From Candidatus Saccharimonadota bacterium (GTDB taxonomy: Bacteria; Patescibacteriota; Gracilibacteria; UBA1369; 2-02-FULL-48-14): a stretch of 32,000 nucleotides of DNA. Shown one piece after another: positions 16,113 through 23,814 of this stretch. The notes under the pieces were generated by a model. It searched no databases and was not told the origin of the DNA. It saw only the letters and a list, made by a program, of their open reading frames with translations. A program made the position numbers and the translations under genes. The stretch covers positions 750,001 to 782,000 of the forward strand of contig JBAZVE010000001.1 of the NCBI GenBank assembly GCA_041661045.1. Direction: 5' to 3'. Numbering within the stretch: position 1 is the first letter of the stretch; every line of letters starts with the position of its first letter.

Positions 16113-16185
16113 ATATTCGGCTTGGCCGAAGCTTTAAGAGCTTAGGGATTGTAGGTGGCGCTTCAAGAGAAGTCAAGCCAAGAAC

Positions 16186-16986
16186 TTATATGCCACCGGG
16201 GGGAGAGTCATCGTAGTCCGTTTTTTTCTTGTTGAGGTGGTCTTGCAATCTGCGCTTAAAGAAGGGATCAAAGGGTACGATGTCCCCGGGATTTCCATTG
16301 AAGGTTTGGATGGTCCCATCTACTCCATTCCAGAATACTTCAGTTGGGAGTGCCTTATAACTCTCAAACAGAGCGTTAAAAATTTCATCTTCTCCCATGC
16401 CCGCGCTCCAGTTGATGCACATAGCTTTTAGAGCCCGTTTAAACCTTGTGACCTGTATGCCCTCCCGTTCTTCCATTTGTAGCCTTGTTGTTTGCTCGAC
16501 TATGGTGTTAGAGGTTTCTGTGTTTAATGAAAGTAGTCTGCGTAGGTCCGCCAGAAGATTGGCGATATCGGCTTCTTTAAGGTTGTCGAGTTTTTTTGCC
16601 TCCATGACGAGGGTCACCAAGCACTTGATTGCTGTATCCCAAGTGCTTGCGGGAGTGAGTTCCGTTTCCGGTTGGCTCTCGATTTTTTTAAGTGCTAAAG
16701 CGGCTTCGATGATTGTGGTCAAACGGTCATCCTTGATTCTGTTGGTCCCTACACTTCGTTTCAGTTGAGCAGCTAAGCGGAGTACTTCTTGAGGTTTGGG
16801 TGCTGCTGGTGGTGTTTTTGCGGCTCTTTTTAAGCCACCTCCAAAACTTCGAATCAACTCAATTGGCTCATCGCCGACTGGGTCTTCTTCTGTTCGGGTG
16901 GACTGCGGTAGGGCACGAATACCCGCCCCCCTGGTCGGCAGGTGGAAAAGATTACTAGGCTTGGGCTCGGGAAATTCTGTGGGCAT
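16186..16986 (-). CDS. Hypothetical protein (orphan, atypical codon usage)
   Basis: 266 aa with ATG start. It uses CTA/ATA/AGA/TTA/ACA codons more than the housekeeping genes here. I recognise no motif. Confidence 0.55.
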   Translation of the reverse strand: MPTEFPEPKPSNLFHLPTRGAGIRALPQSTRTEEDPVGDEPIELIRSFGGGLKRAAKTPPAAPKPQEVLRLAAQLKRSVGTNRIKDDRLTTIIEAALALKKIESQPETELTPASTWDTAIKCLVTLVMEAKKLDNLKEADIANLLADLRRLLSLNTETSNTIVEQTTRLQMEEREGIQVTRFKRALKAMCINWSAGMGEDEIFNALFESYKALPTEVFWNGVDGTIQTFNGNPGDIVPFDPFFKRRLQDHLNKKKTDYDDSPPGGI

Positions 16987-17032
16987 AATTTATTTTATAG
17001 CCTAGGTATCATACTTTGTTTTTCTGTTTTGT

Positions 17033-17066
17033 AAAGAGACCCTACCGTGGAGTGAAGGGCCTCTTT
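17033..17066 (-). terminator. Possible terminator hairpin after nrdJ
   Basis: The 9-bp stem is AGAGGCCCT/AGGGTCTCT with a 12-nt loop. It has one G-U pair in the minus-strand RNA, which would be an A-C mismatch in the plus-strand RNA. The T-run is better on the plus strand, so the feature is possibly bidirectional. Confidence 0.3.
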
Positions 17067-17097
17067 TTATAATTGAGTGGGGGGCTTCGTTTCGGTT

Positions 17098-20000
17098 TTA
17101 GGAACAGCCCATGCTGTTTCCACAGTTGAGACATTTGTAGCAAGTGGCGTTGCGCACGGTCACATGTCCACAGGTTCCGCAGAGAGGGGCGTCGCCCATC
17201 ATGCTTTTGAGTCCTTGGCTGAGGGCATCGTGAGCGGTGGTGGCTCCCATGCCGAGGCCGGATGCTCCCATGCTGGGCGCTTCGAGGCTGGGCGTGGCAG
17301 AACCACTTTGAGCTTCGGCTGCTTCATTTTGAATGGCGGCGGTGATTTTTCCTTTGAGCGTGTTTTCCATGAATTGCGTGCTCTTGGGTTCAACATGGAC
17401 GAAATCCGTGCGGCCCAAATATTCCATTCCCAATACGCGGAAGATGAAGTCTACGATGGAAGTACATGTTCGAATATTGGGGTGGGTGGTGAATCCACTG
17501 GGTTCAAAGCGGGTGAAGGTGAAGCTGTCTACATATTTTTCCAGTGGGACTCCATATTGCAGTCCCACGGAGACCGCTACTGCAAAACAGTTGAGGAGGC
17601 TTCGGTAAGAGGCACCTTCTTTAAAGGTGTCGATGAAGACTTCGCCCAGAGTGCCGTCTTCATATTCTCCGGTGCGGATGTACATTTTTTGTCCCGCCAC
17701 AGCGGCTTCCACGGTGATTCCATTTCGCTTGGTGGGCATGGAGATTTTTGATCCGCGGAGCACGGTGCCTTCTGGAAGTTCGGTCGTTTTTTCGGCAGTT
17801 GCGGCCTTGTCTTTTTTGCTGGAAAGCGGTTGAGAGTGTTTGCTTCCGTCGCGGTAAAGGGCAATGGCTTTGAGTCCCAGTTTCCAGGATTGCATATAGA
17901 TGCTTCGGATCTCTTCCACGGTGGCTTCGTTGGGGATGTTCACGGTTTTGGAAATGGCTCCGGAAAGGAAGGGTTGTACGGCGGCCATCATCTTTACATG
18001 GCCCAGTGCGGCGATGTAGCGGCTGCCTTTTCCGCACTTGTTGGCACAGTCGAAGATTGCAAAATGTTCTTCTTTGAGTCCGGGCGCGCCTTCCAAAGTT
18101 TCGGCGGCTTCTTGTTTATCGGTACCCATCACGAAGTCCAGCATTTCTTTCACTTGTTCTTCATTGTAGTCCAAGCGGTGCAAAACTTCGGGGATGGATT
18201 GGTTGATGATTTTAAAGTGTCCTCCGCCGGCGAGTTTTTTCCATTTCATGATGGAGAATTCAGGCTCCACACCGGTGGTGTCGCAGTCCATCAAAAGTCC
18301 GATGGTTCCTGTGGGGGCGAGCACGGTGGCTTGAGCATTGCGGTATCCGTATTTTTCTCCCATTTCCACCATGAGGTCGGCGTCTTCTCGTGCGGCTTCC
18401 GCGAGTGCGGTTCCGGCCAGGTTCCCATCAATGGCGTGGGCGGCTTCCTTGTGTTTGTTCATCACACGGAGCATATCGGTTTTGTTCTTTTCGTATCCGG
18501 CAAAGGGTCCCACGGCTTTGGCCAATTGAGCGGAAGCCACAAAGGCGTGACAGTGCATGATGGCGGTGAGGGCGGCGGCGATGGAGCGGCCTTTGTCGCT
18601 GTCGTAAGGCACGCCGAGCATCATGAGCAAGGTCCCCAAGTTTGCGTAACCGAGGCCGAGGGGACGGTAGTCGTGGCTGTTTTGTGCGATGGAAGGAGTG
18701 GGGTAGGAAGAAACATCCACCAAAATTTCTTGAGCGATGAAGAAGATTTCTACGGCGTGGCGGTAAGCTGCAACATCGAAGGAACCGTCTTCGTTGAGGA
18801 ATTTAACAAGATTGAGGGAAGCCAGGTTGCACGCGGTGTCGTCCAAGAACATGTATTCGCTGCAAGGGTTGCTTCCGTTGATGCGGCCGCTTTGTGGGCA
18901 GGTGTGCCACTCGTTGATGGTGGTGTCGAATTGGAGGCCGGGATCGGCGCAAGACCAGGCGGCCGCGCAAATATCTTCAAAAAGTTCCTCCGCATCGATT
19001 TCTTCATATTTTTTTCCATCGGTGCGGAAACGAGTCCAGAATTTCTCTCCTTTTTCCACGGCGCTCATGTATTCATCCATCACGCGCACAGAGTTGTTGG
19101 AGTTTTGTCCGGAAACCGTGTGGTAGGCTTCACCGCGCCAGTCTCCGCTGTAGCCGGCATCCATAAGCGCTTTTGCTTTTTTCTCGGATTCCACTTTCCA
19201 GTTGATGAAGTCACGGATTTCGGGGTGATCGATATCGAGCACCACCATTTTGGCGGCGCGACGAGTGGTTCCACCGGACTTAATAGCTCCGGCTCCACGG
19301 TCGAGCACTTCGAGGAAAGACATGAGTCCGGAAGAAATTCCTCCACCGGAAAGGATTTCGTATTTTGAACGAATGGCGGAGAAGTTGGATCCTGTTCCGG
19401 ATCCGTATTTAAAGAGTTTGGCTTCATTTTTAGCCAGGTCAAAAATGCCCATCAAAGAATCGTCCACTTTTTGAATGAAGCAGGCGCTGCATTGAGGGCG
19501 AGCGTACGCGTTTTGGATTTCCACGATTTTTCCTTCTGCAAAATCCCAAGCATAATTTCCGGCATCTCCCACCACTCCGTATTCGTGATACAGTCCACAG
19601 TTGAACCACACGGGGGAGTTGAAGGCTCCGCGTTGCGTGATGCACATGAATTTGAGTTCTTGTTCGAAAGCATCGGCGTCTTCTTTGCTGGCAAAGTAGC
19701 CTCGCTCCTCTCCAAATGTGCGGATGGTGTGGGACACGCGATGCACCACTTGCTTGGCACTGGTTTCGCTGGTGTTGTCCGTTCCGCTGACGCCGCGTTT
19801 TCTAAAGTACTTTTGGGCCAAAATATCGGTGGCCAGTTGGGACCAAGTTTTGGGCACTTCCACGGCTTTCATTTCAAAAACCACCGTTCCATCCGGTTCC
19901 GTGATGCGGCTTTCGCGTGTTTCGAACTCGATCATGTCGAAAGCCTCCAATCCCACTTGAGTGAAACGGCGCTTGATGCTGAGTGCTTTGCCTGCGGGTT

Positions 20001-20100
20001 TGGCATCTTTGGGTCTTTCCACCTTGTTTGCAGTATTTGCAGCGCCGGCGGCGGGATCTTTGCTCGTAACGGGGTCGGGGAGGGTGATGGATTGGGCCAT
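17098..20100 (-). CDS. nrdJ: Adenosylcobalamin-dependent ribonucleoside-diphosphate/triphosphate reductase (class II)
   Basis: 1000 aa. The active-site region is NPCSEYMFLDDTACNLASLNL. The C-terminal redox Cys cluster is CGTCGHVTVRNATCYKCLNCGNSMGCS. Confidence 0.95.
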   Translation of the reverse strand: MAQSITLPDPVTSKDPAAGAANTANKVERPKDAKPAGKALSIKRRFTQVGLEAFDMIEFETRESRITEPDGTVVFEMKAVEVPKTWSQLATDILAQKYFRKRGVSGTDNTSETSAKQVVHRVSHTIRTFGEERGYFASKEDADAFEQELKFMCITQRGAFNSPVWFNCGLYHEYGVVGDAGNYAWDFAEGKIVEIQNAYARPQCSACFIQKVDDSLMGIFDLAKNEAKLFKYGSGTGSNFSAIRSKYEILSGGGISSGLMSFLEVLDRGAGAIKSGGTTRRAAKMVVLDIDHPEIRDFINWKVESEKKAKALMDAGYSGDWRGEAYHTVSGQNSNNSVRVMDEYMSAVEKGEKFWTRFRTDGKKYEEIDAEELFEDICAAAWSCADPGLQFDTTINEWHTCPQSGRINGSNPCSEYMFLDDTACNLASLNLVKFLNEDGSFDVAAYRHAVEIFFIAQEILVDVSSYPTPSIAQNSHDYRPLGLGYANLGTLLMMLGVPYDSDKGRSIAAALTAIMHCHAFVASAQLAKAVGPFAGYEKNKTDMLRVMNKHKEAAHAIDGNLAGTALAEAAREDADLMVEMGEKYGYRNAQATVLAPTGTIGLLMDCDTTGVEPEFSIMKWKKLAGGGHFKIINQSIPEVLHRLDYNEEQVKEMLDFVMGTDKQEAAETLEGAPGLKEEHFAIFDCANKCGKGSRYIAALGHVKMMAAVQPFLSGAISKTVNIPNEATVEEIRSIYMQSWKLGLKAIALYRDGSKHSQPLSSKKDKAATAEKTTELPEGTVLRGSKISMPTKRNGITVEAAVAGQKMYIRTGEYEDGTLGEVFIDTFKEGASYRSLLNCFAVAVSVGLQYGVPLEKYVDSFTFTRFEPSGFTTHPNIRTCTSIVDFIFRVLGMEYLGRTDFVHVEPKSTQFMENTLKGKITAAIQNEAAEAQSGSATPSLEAPSMGASGLGMGATTAHDALSQGLKSMMGDAPLCGTCGHVTVRNATCYKCLNCGNSMGCS

Positions 20101-20175
20101 AAAAAAGGAGGAATAAGGTGGATAGAAATGGAGATAAAGCCCCGAACCGGTTCTAGTGGGGTTTTATCGCGTGAG

Positions 20176-20223
20176 ACACAAGATATAGGGGATCTGTGCC
20201 AGGTGTACCCCAAGATACGGCCT
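20176..20223 (-). promoter_or_regulatory. Two NrdR-box-like elements with 32-bp register
   Basis: Box 1, read on the minus strand, is CCCCTATATCTTGTGT, which is 13/16 to my recollection of the NrdR consensus acaCwAtATaTwgtgt. Box 2 (20208-20223) matches only 9/16, but it repeats the CAAGATA core exactly 32 bp away and overlaps the candidate -10 box. Confidence 0.3.
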
Positions 20224-20240
20224 TTTTTTAAAGGGGTCAA
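20212..20240 (-). promoter_or_regulatory. Candidate nrdJ promoter, TTGACC-17-TATCTT (read on the minus strand)
   Basis: The -35 hexamer is good, the -10 is weak and the spacer is 17 nt. It lies about 110 nt upstream of the nrdJ ATG. Confidence 0.35.
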
Positions 20241-20348
20241 AGGGATTTGCCTCACTTCCATTTGACGAGCAGGGGCAAAACTTTTGGGGAGGGGCCTTGA
20301 CTGAATTTTGAAAACTCGCGAACCACACTCTTAAGAGGGAATGGGTCA

Positions 20349-21230
20349 ATGGTTTGTAAGGATGTCAAACAGCCTGTTGACGATTTTGAACAAAGGCGTA
20401 TCCTTCGCTCTTGGCTTAATCTTAATGCACAACTTATGTCACAGCTTGATGCATCACAACGAAATCTTTTTGAAATGATACAGAGCGCCCCTGTTGTAGG
20501 ATCAGAAGCGGCTGATCCCGTAAGAGATTTATTAGCTCAGGCACGGATTCGGCTTGATCAATCTGGCCTAGTTCCGCTTGTTTTCGAGGAGGGAAGACAG
20601 CGATATGATGGTGGCCCTGTCATTGGAGGTGATGCGTTTTATTATGTAGGTCAGAGAAGGAATGATGTGGGTGTTAATGATGCGGTTATAGAACGATTGC
20701 GGAGAAAAATGGCGGGAGATGAAGCTTTTACAAGAGCCGCCCTGTGGATGCCGAAAGGCATTCAAGTGGTTGGGGTAAGACCAGATGGTCAACTTGAGAT
20801 TCGTCAGGCATCCACAGAAATTGTAAATGCACGATGGTCAACAAATTATCCAGCAGAGCCAAGGGATCGAAGTGGGTTGCGTCTATTGCCTCACGATGAG
20901 GCAGAAGCTCAGGAACGAGGAGCCTGGGCAACTATTCTTGAGATTCATCATGCAGTAAAGGCAGCAGGCTATCATGTGCCAGAAGATGCACCCAATCTCA
21001 AAAAGAGCGGGCTCGTCGCTGCTTCAGAAGCAGTGATGGGGACTCGCTATGTTATGGGCTCAGGGGATTGGTCATGGCGAAATGCGAGTCTTGAATCCCC
21101 TGACGACATTGATGGGAAGGTTCTTGTGCGTTCCGTGCGGTCTCTTCATCGTGGTGGGGAGTCCATTGAGGAGCGAAAGGCTTCCGTTAGTGATCACAAT
21201 CATGGTGCGGTGCTCTGGTTAAGAGCTTAG
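20349..21230 (+). CDS. Hypothetical protein (orphan, atypical codon usage)
   Basis: 293 aa with ATG start. Ala codons are mostly GCA/GCT, unlike the neighbouring genes. No signal peptide, TM or recognisable motif. Confidence 0.55.
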   Translation: MVCKDVKQPVDDFEQRRILRSWLNLNAQLMSQLDASQRNLFEMIQSAPVVGSEAADPVRDLLAQARIRLDQSGLVPLVFEEGRQRYDGGPVIGGDAFYYVGQRRNDVGVNDAVIERLRRKMAGDEAFTRAALWMPKGIQVVGVRPDGQLEIRQASTEIVNARWSTNYPAEPRDRSGLRLLPHDEAEAQERGAWATILEIHHAVKAAGYHVPEDAPNLKKSGLVAASEAVMGTRYVMGSGDWSWRNASLESPDDIDGKVLVRSVRSLHRGGESIEERKASVSDHNHGAVLWLRA

Positions 21231-21898
21231 CAGCTCTCGTCGCCGCAGCCGCAGGAGTCATTGGAGTCGCTGCCGCAGGAGCCACCACCGCAGCCGCCGG
21301 AGCCGCAAGAGCAGCCGAATTTTTTGGCGCCCACGAAGTTGGGGTTGCTGATTTTGAAGCCGCTGCCGTAGGCGCTTTCGATGAAGTCGACTTCGGCGCC
21401 CAGGAGATTTTGGAGAGATTCGGGATCGAGGAAAATTTCGACGCCGTGAAATTCAAAAGATTTGTCTTTGGACTCGCCGTGTTCGGTGAAGTCCATGGCG
21501 TAAGCGGGTTCTTTTTCCGGGGTGCTGCTGGAAGAGTGCGCGGTGATCCGGAGGCCGTAGCCTTCCTTATCTTCGGCCTTGGCGAATTCTTTGATTTTGG
21601 TGGCCGCGAATTCGGTGACATAAATGCCATCGTCCGGAGCGCGTTTGCGGACAAGGGCCAGGTCGTTGATGCGATCGATCATTTCATCCACTATTTCCTC
21701 GGCAATCCCGTGAGACATGGCGCCCATTTTGAGGGGTTCAAAAACATTCACACTGCAGCTGGTGCAGTGCAAGCCAAAGTCTTGCATGATTTCCGCGGAT
21801 TCGGGCAGGCGGTTCAAGACATCTCCAATCAGCATGTCTCCATCAATCAGCTGTTTCTTGGGGGCTGACTTCTTGGGTTGGGATTTCTTCTTGGGCAT
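21227..21898 (-). CDS. DUF1858-like redox domain fused to a HesB/IscA-type Fe-S assembly domain, with a Cys/Gly-rich tail
   Basis: The N-terminal part (DMLIGDVLNRLPESAEIMQDFGLHCTSC) matches the DUF1858 pattern. The middle and C-terminal part (IYVTEFAATKIKEF...GLRI...GFKISNPN) matches IscA/HesB. The tail is GCSCGSGGCGGGSCGSDSNDSCGCGDESC. The start is ambiguous between 21898 and 21835. Confidence 0.75.
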   Translation of the reverse strand: MPKKKSQPKKSAPKKQLIDGDMLIGDVLNRLPESAEIMQDFGLHCTSCSVNVFEPLKMGAMSHGIAEEIVDEMIDRINDLALVRKRAPDDGIYVTEFAATKIKEFAKAEDKEGYGLRITAHSSSSTPEKEPAYAMDFTEHGESKDKSFEFHGVEIFLDPESLQNLLGAEVDFIESAYGSGFKISNPNFVGAKKFGCSCGSGGCGGGSCGSDSNDSCGCGDESC

Positions 21899-22004
21899 CG
21901 GTTGTATTTAAGGAGCCCAAGGATAGCAGAACCGGCGTCAATGTGCCAGCGAGCAAACCCAAAATCATGATGACCGAGAGAACTTGGAAGATTTTTTTCT
22001 GCAT
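21843..22004 (-). CDS. Candidate small membrane/secreted peptide (53 aa), alternative to the Lys-rich N-terminal extension of the downstream gene
   Basis: My hand translation gives MQKKIFQVLSVIMILGLLAGTLTPVLLSLGSLNTTDAQEEIPTQEVSPQETAD. It reads as a basic N-terminus, a hydrophobic helix and an acidic tail. Its TGA stop is followed by GGAGAC and then the ATG at 21835. Confidence 0.25.
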   Translation of the reverse strand: MQKKIFQVLSVIMILGLLAGTLTPVLLSLGSLNTTDAQEEIPTQEVSPQETAD

Positions 22005-22022
22005 AGAAGAAGAGGATGCCGC

Positions 22023-22391
22023 TTAGAGCACCTGGGTATCGATGTAAATGAGGGCCAGGGTCAGGAGCATGCTGATGAATCCTGCGATGGGCAGTCTTTC
22101 CTCGGTGAGGAGTTTTACTTTCCATTTGTTGAGGCTGGGGATGAGGGTGGCGGCGCCTTTAACGGCAGTGAGTACGGCCAGCCAAGACAGCAAACTTTCC
22201 CATTCCCATTTGAAACTTACGGAAGAAGTGGTGAGCATGAGCAAGGCCAAAACGAGGAGCAGAATGCTGGTGAAGAATTGTAGACCTTCGGAGTCGGCAA
22301 AATCTTTGAGGATGCGGCGAGTGCCTTTGGGGTCGAGGACCATTTTGAACTCAAGCGGAAGCATGAGGAGGGCAAGCAGAGTGAGAGTCAT
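22023..22391 (-). CDS. Small integral membrane protein, function unknown
   Basis: 122 aa with ATG start and about four hydrophobic segments. Confidence 0.6.
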   Translation of the reverse strand: MTLTLLALLMLPLEFKMVLDPKGTRRILKDFADSEGLQFFTSILLLVLALLMLTTSSVSFKWEWESLLSWLAVLTAVKGAATLIPSLNKWKVKLLTEERLPIAGFISMLLTLALIYIDTQVL

Positions 22392-22417
22392 GGCGGCGGA
22401 GGTTAGGTGAGTTTATT

Positions 22418-23440
22418 TTACAGGATGAGCATCGAGTCGCCAAATGAATAGAAGCGAAAATCATTTTGGATAGCCAGCGCGTAGAGGTCTTTGAGGTGTC
22501 GTTTGGCTTTCTTGTGCTGTAAAAAGGCTTCGACTAGCATCATGAGAGAGGAATTGGGGAGATGGAAATTGGTGAGCAGTTGGTCCACCAGCGCGAATTC
22601 AAAAGGTGGAAAAATGAAGAGATTGGTGGTTTCTTTGTGGCCGAGGGCGAAACTTTCCAGTGTTCGCACGGCAGTGGTGCCCACCGCGGTGCAGCGGCGG
22701 CCGGCGGCTTTGAGGGCGCGAATTTCTTTGGCGGCCTGGGGGGAAATGGTGGTGTGTTCTTGGTAGAGGGTGCCGGTTTCAAAGTGTTCCGGAAGCACCG
22801 GCGCAAAAGTCCCCAGGCCGATGTGCAGCGTCACGAAACAGCTTGGGATACCGGCCGCCGCCAGTTTTTTGAACACGCGAGGCGTGAAGTGCAGCGAGGC
22901 GGTGGGGGCTGCGACGGAGCCCGGATTTTTTGCAAAAATGCTTTGATATTTTTTGCGGAGCTCCGCCTCGCTGAGCTCGGAAGTCCCGATGTAATGGGGA
23001 ACAGGGGTGTGGCCGATCTCCAGCAAGAGCTTTGGGAGTTGGTGAAGGTCAAAGAGGGCCCGGAATGTGAATGCTTTCTCGGTGTCTTCGGTCACTTCTA
23101 AAAGGGCCTCTGGTTTGAGCACAATGCGCTGCCCCAAACGGAGCCGTTTGTTGGCGGTGGCCTTTACTGTGCCGGCAGCGTGATCCACTTCGCTGGGCAA
23201 AATCATCAATTCCACTTCTTCACCATTTTCTCGTTTGGCCAGTACTCTTGCGGGGAGCACTTTGCTCTCATTCATCACTAAAAAAGAATCCGTCGGGAGA
23301 TATTTATGCAGGTTGATGAAACGATCAAACTGGACTTGATCCGTTTGAGTATTGTAAATGAGCAGCTTCGAATGATCTCGCGGGGAAGCGGGCTTTTTTG
23401 CAATACGGTCTTTGGGAAGCGGGTAGGAGTAGAGATCCAT
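22418..23440 (-). CDS. queA: S-adenosylmethionine:tRNA ribosyltransferase-isomerase
   Basis: The N-terminus MDLYSYPLPKDRIAKKPASPRDHSKLL and the C-terminus FRFYSFGDSMLI are characteristic of QueA. Confidence 0.93.
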   Translation of the reverse strand: MDLYSYPLPKDRIAKKPASPRDHSKLLIYNTQTDQVQFDRFINLHKYLPTDSFLVMNESKVLPARVLAKRENGEEVELMILPSEVDHAAGTVKATANKRLRLGQRIVLKPEALLEVTEDTEKAFTFRALFDLHQLPKLLLEIGHTPVPHYIGTSELSEAELRKKYQSIFAKNPGSVAAPTASLHFTPRVFKKLAAAGIPSCFVTLHIGLGTFAPVLPEHFETGTLYQEHTTISPQAAKEIRALKAAGRRCTAVGTTAVRTLESFALGHKETTNLFIFPPFEFALVDQLLTNFHLPNSSLMMLVEAFLQHKKAKRHLKDLYALAIQNDFRFYSFGDSMLIL

Positions 23441-23748
23441 TAAGCGGCTTTCACCAGGTCTCGCGCTTGGCTCATGCTTTCCTCGAATTCCTCCATTTCA
23501 CTTTCGAGGGCAGCCAGAATCTCTTCAAAGCCTTCTTCGTCGGATTGTTCGAGTTCATCCAGGGTGAGACGCATGTTTTCTAAACCCATGTGGAGATCAT
23601 GCAAAACCTCGCCGTTTTCGTCGTCGGTGTCGCTCCAGTCTTCGTCGGTGTCATACAAATTATCAAACTCTTCTTGCAGTTCCTCGAGTTCATCCGCCCA
23701 GGTTTGGAATTTTTCTTTAAGAGCTTCAGTGGTTTCGGTGCGATTCAT
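23440..23748 (-). CDS. Hyper-acidic small protein, function unknown
   Basis: I chose the ATG at 23748 (MNRTETTEALK...). The ORF-track start at 23805 is a TTG. The protein is very rich in Asp/Glu with helical heptad-like stretches. Its stop overlaps the queA start (TAATG). Confidence 0.55.
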   Translation of the reverse strand: MNRTETTEALKEKFQTWADELEELQEEFDNLYDTDEDWSDTDDENGEVLHDLHMGLENMRLTLDELEQSDEEGFEEILAALESEMEEFEESMSQARDLVKAA

Positions 23749-23814
23749 AGGATGGAAAGTTAGGTTGTGGTTCGCTGCGGCTTGATATTGATGTTGCTTT
23801 CGCAACCTTTTTGC

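Noticed and set aside
17830-19368. 512-aa ORF on the plus strand, plus other long ORFs at 17077-17751 and 19471-20265
   Set aside because: All are antisense shadows of nrdJ, whose identity is unambiguous. Their translations are Gly/Val/His-rich with no motifs.
17098-20100. Possible intein in the 1000-aa nrdJ
   Set aside because: The sequence reads as continuous RNR-like sequence. I saw no Cys/Ser...His-Asn splice-junction block or homing-endonuclease segment. The length is within the range of class II enzymes.
20101-20348. Possible cobalamin riboswitch in front of the B12-dependent RNR
   Set aside because: I could not find a B12-box-like element or the expected multi-stem architecture. Cobalamin riboswitches also normally repress B12-independent alternatives rather than nrdJ. 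The NrdR-like reading fits better, but it remains tentative.
20341-20478. 45-aa hydrophobic ORF starting at the ATG at 20341 (MGQWFVRMSNSLLTILNKGVSFALGLIL...)
   Set aside because: It overlaps the 5' end of the much longer 293-aa ORF in a different frame. I have no independent support for it, so it is most likely spurious.
20349-21230. Possible DUF1566/C-type-lectin-like C-terminus (…GDWSWRNAS…VLVRSVRS)
   Set aside because: The resemblance rests on a few residues only. The canonical WRLPT and YWSS motifs are absent, which is not enough to make a call.
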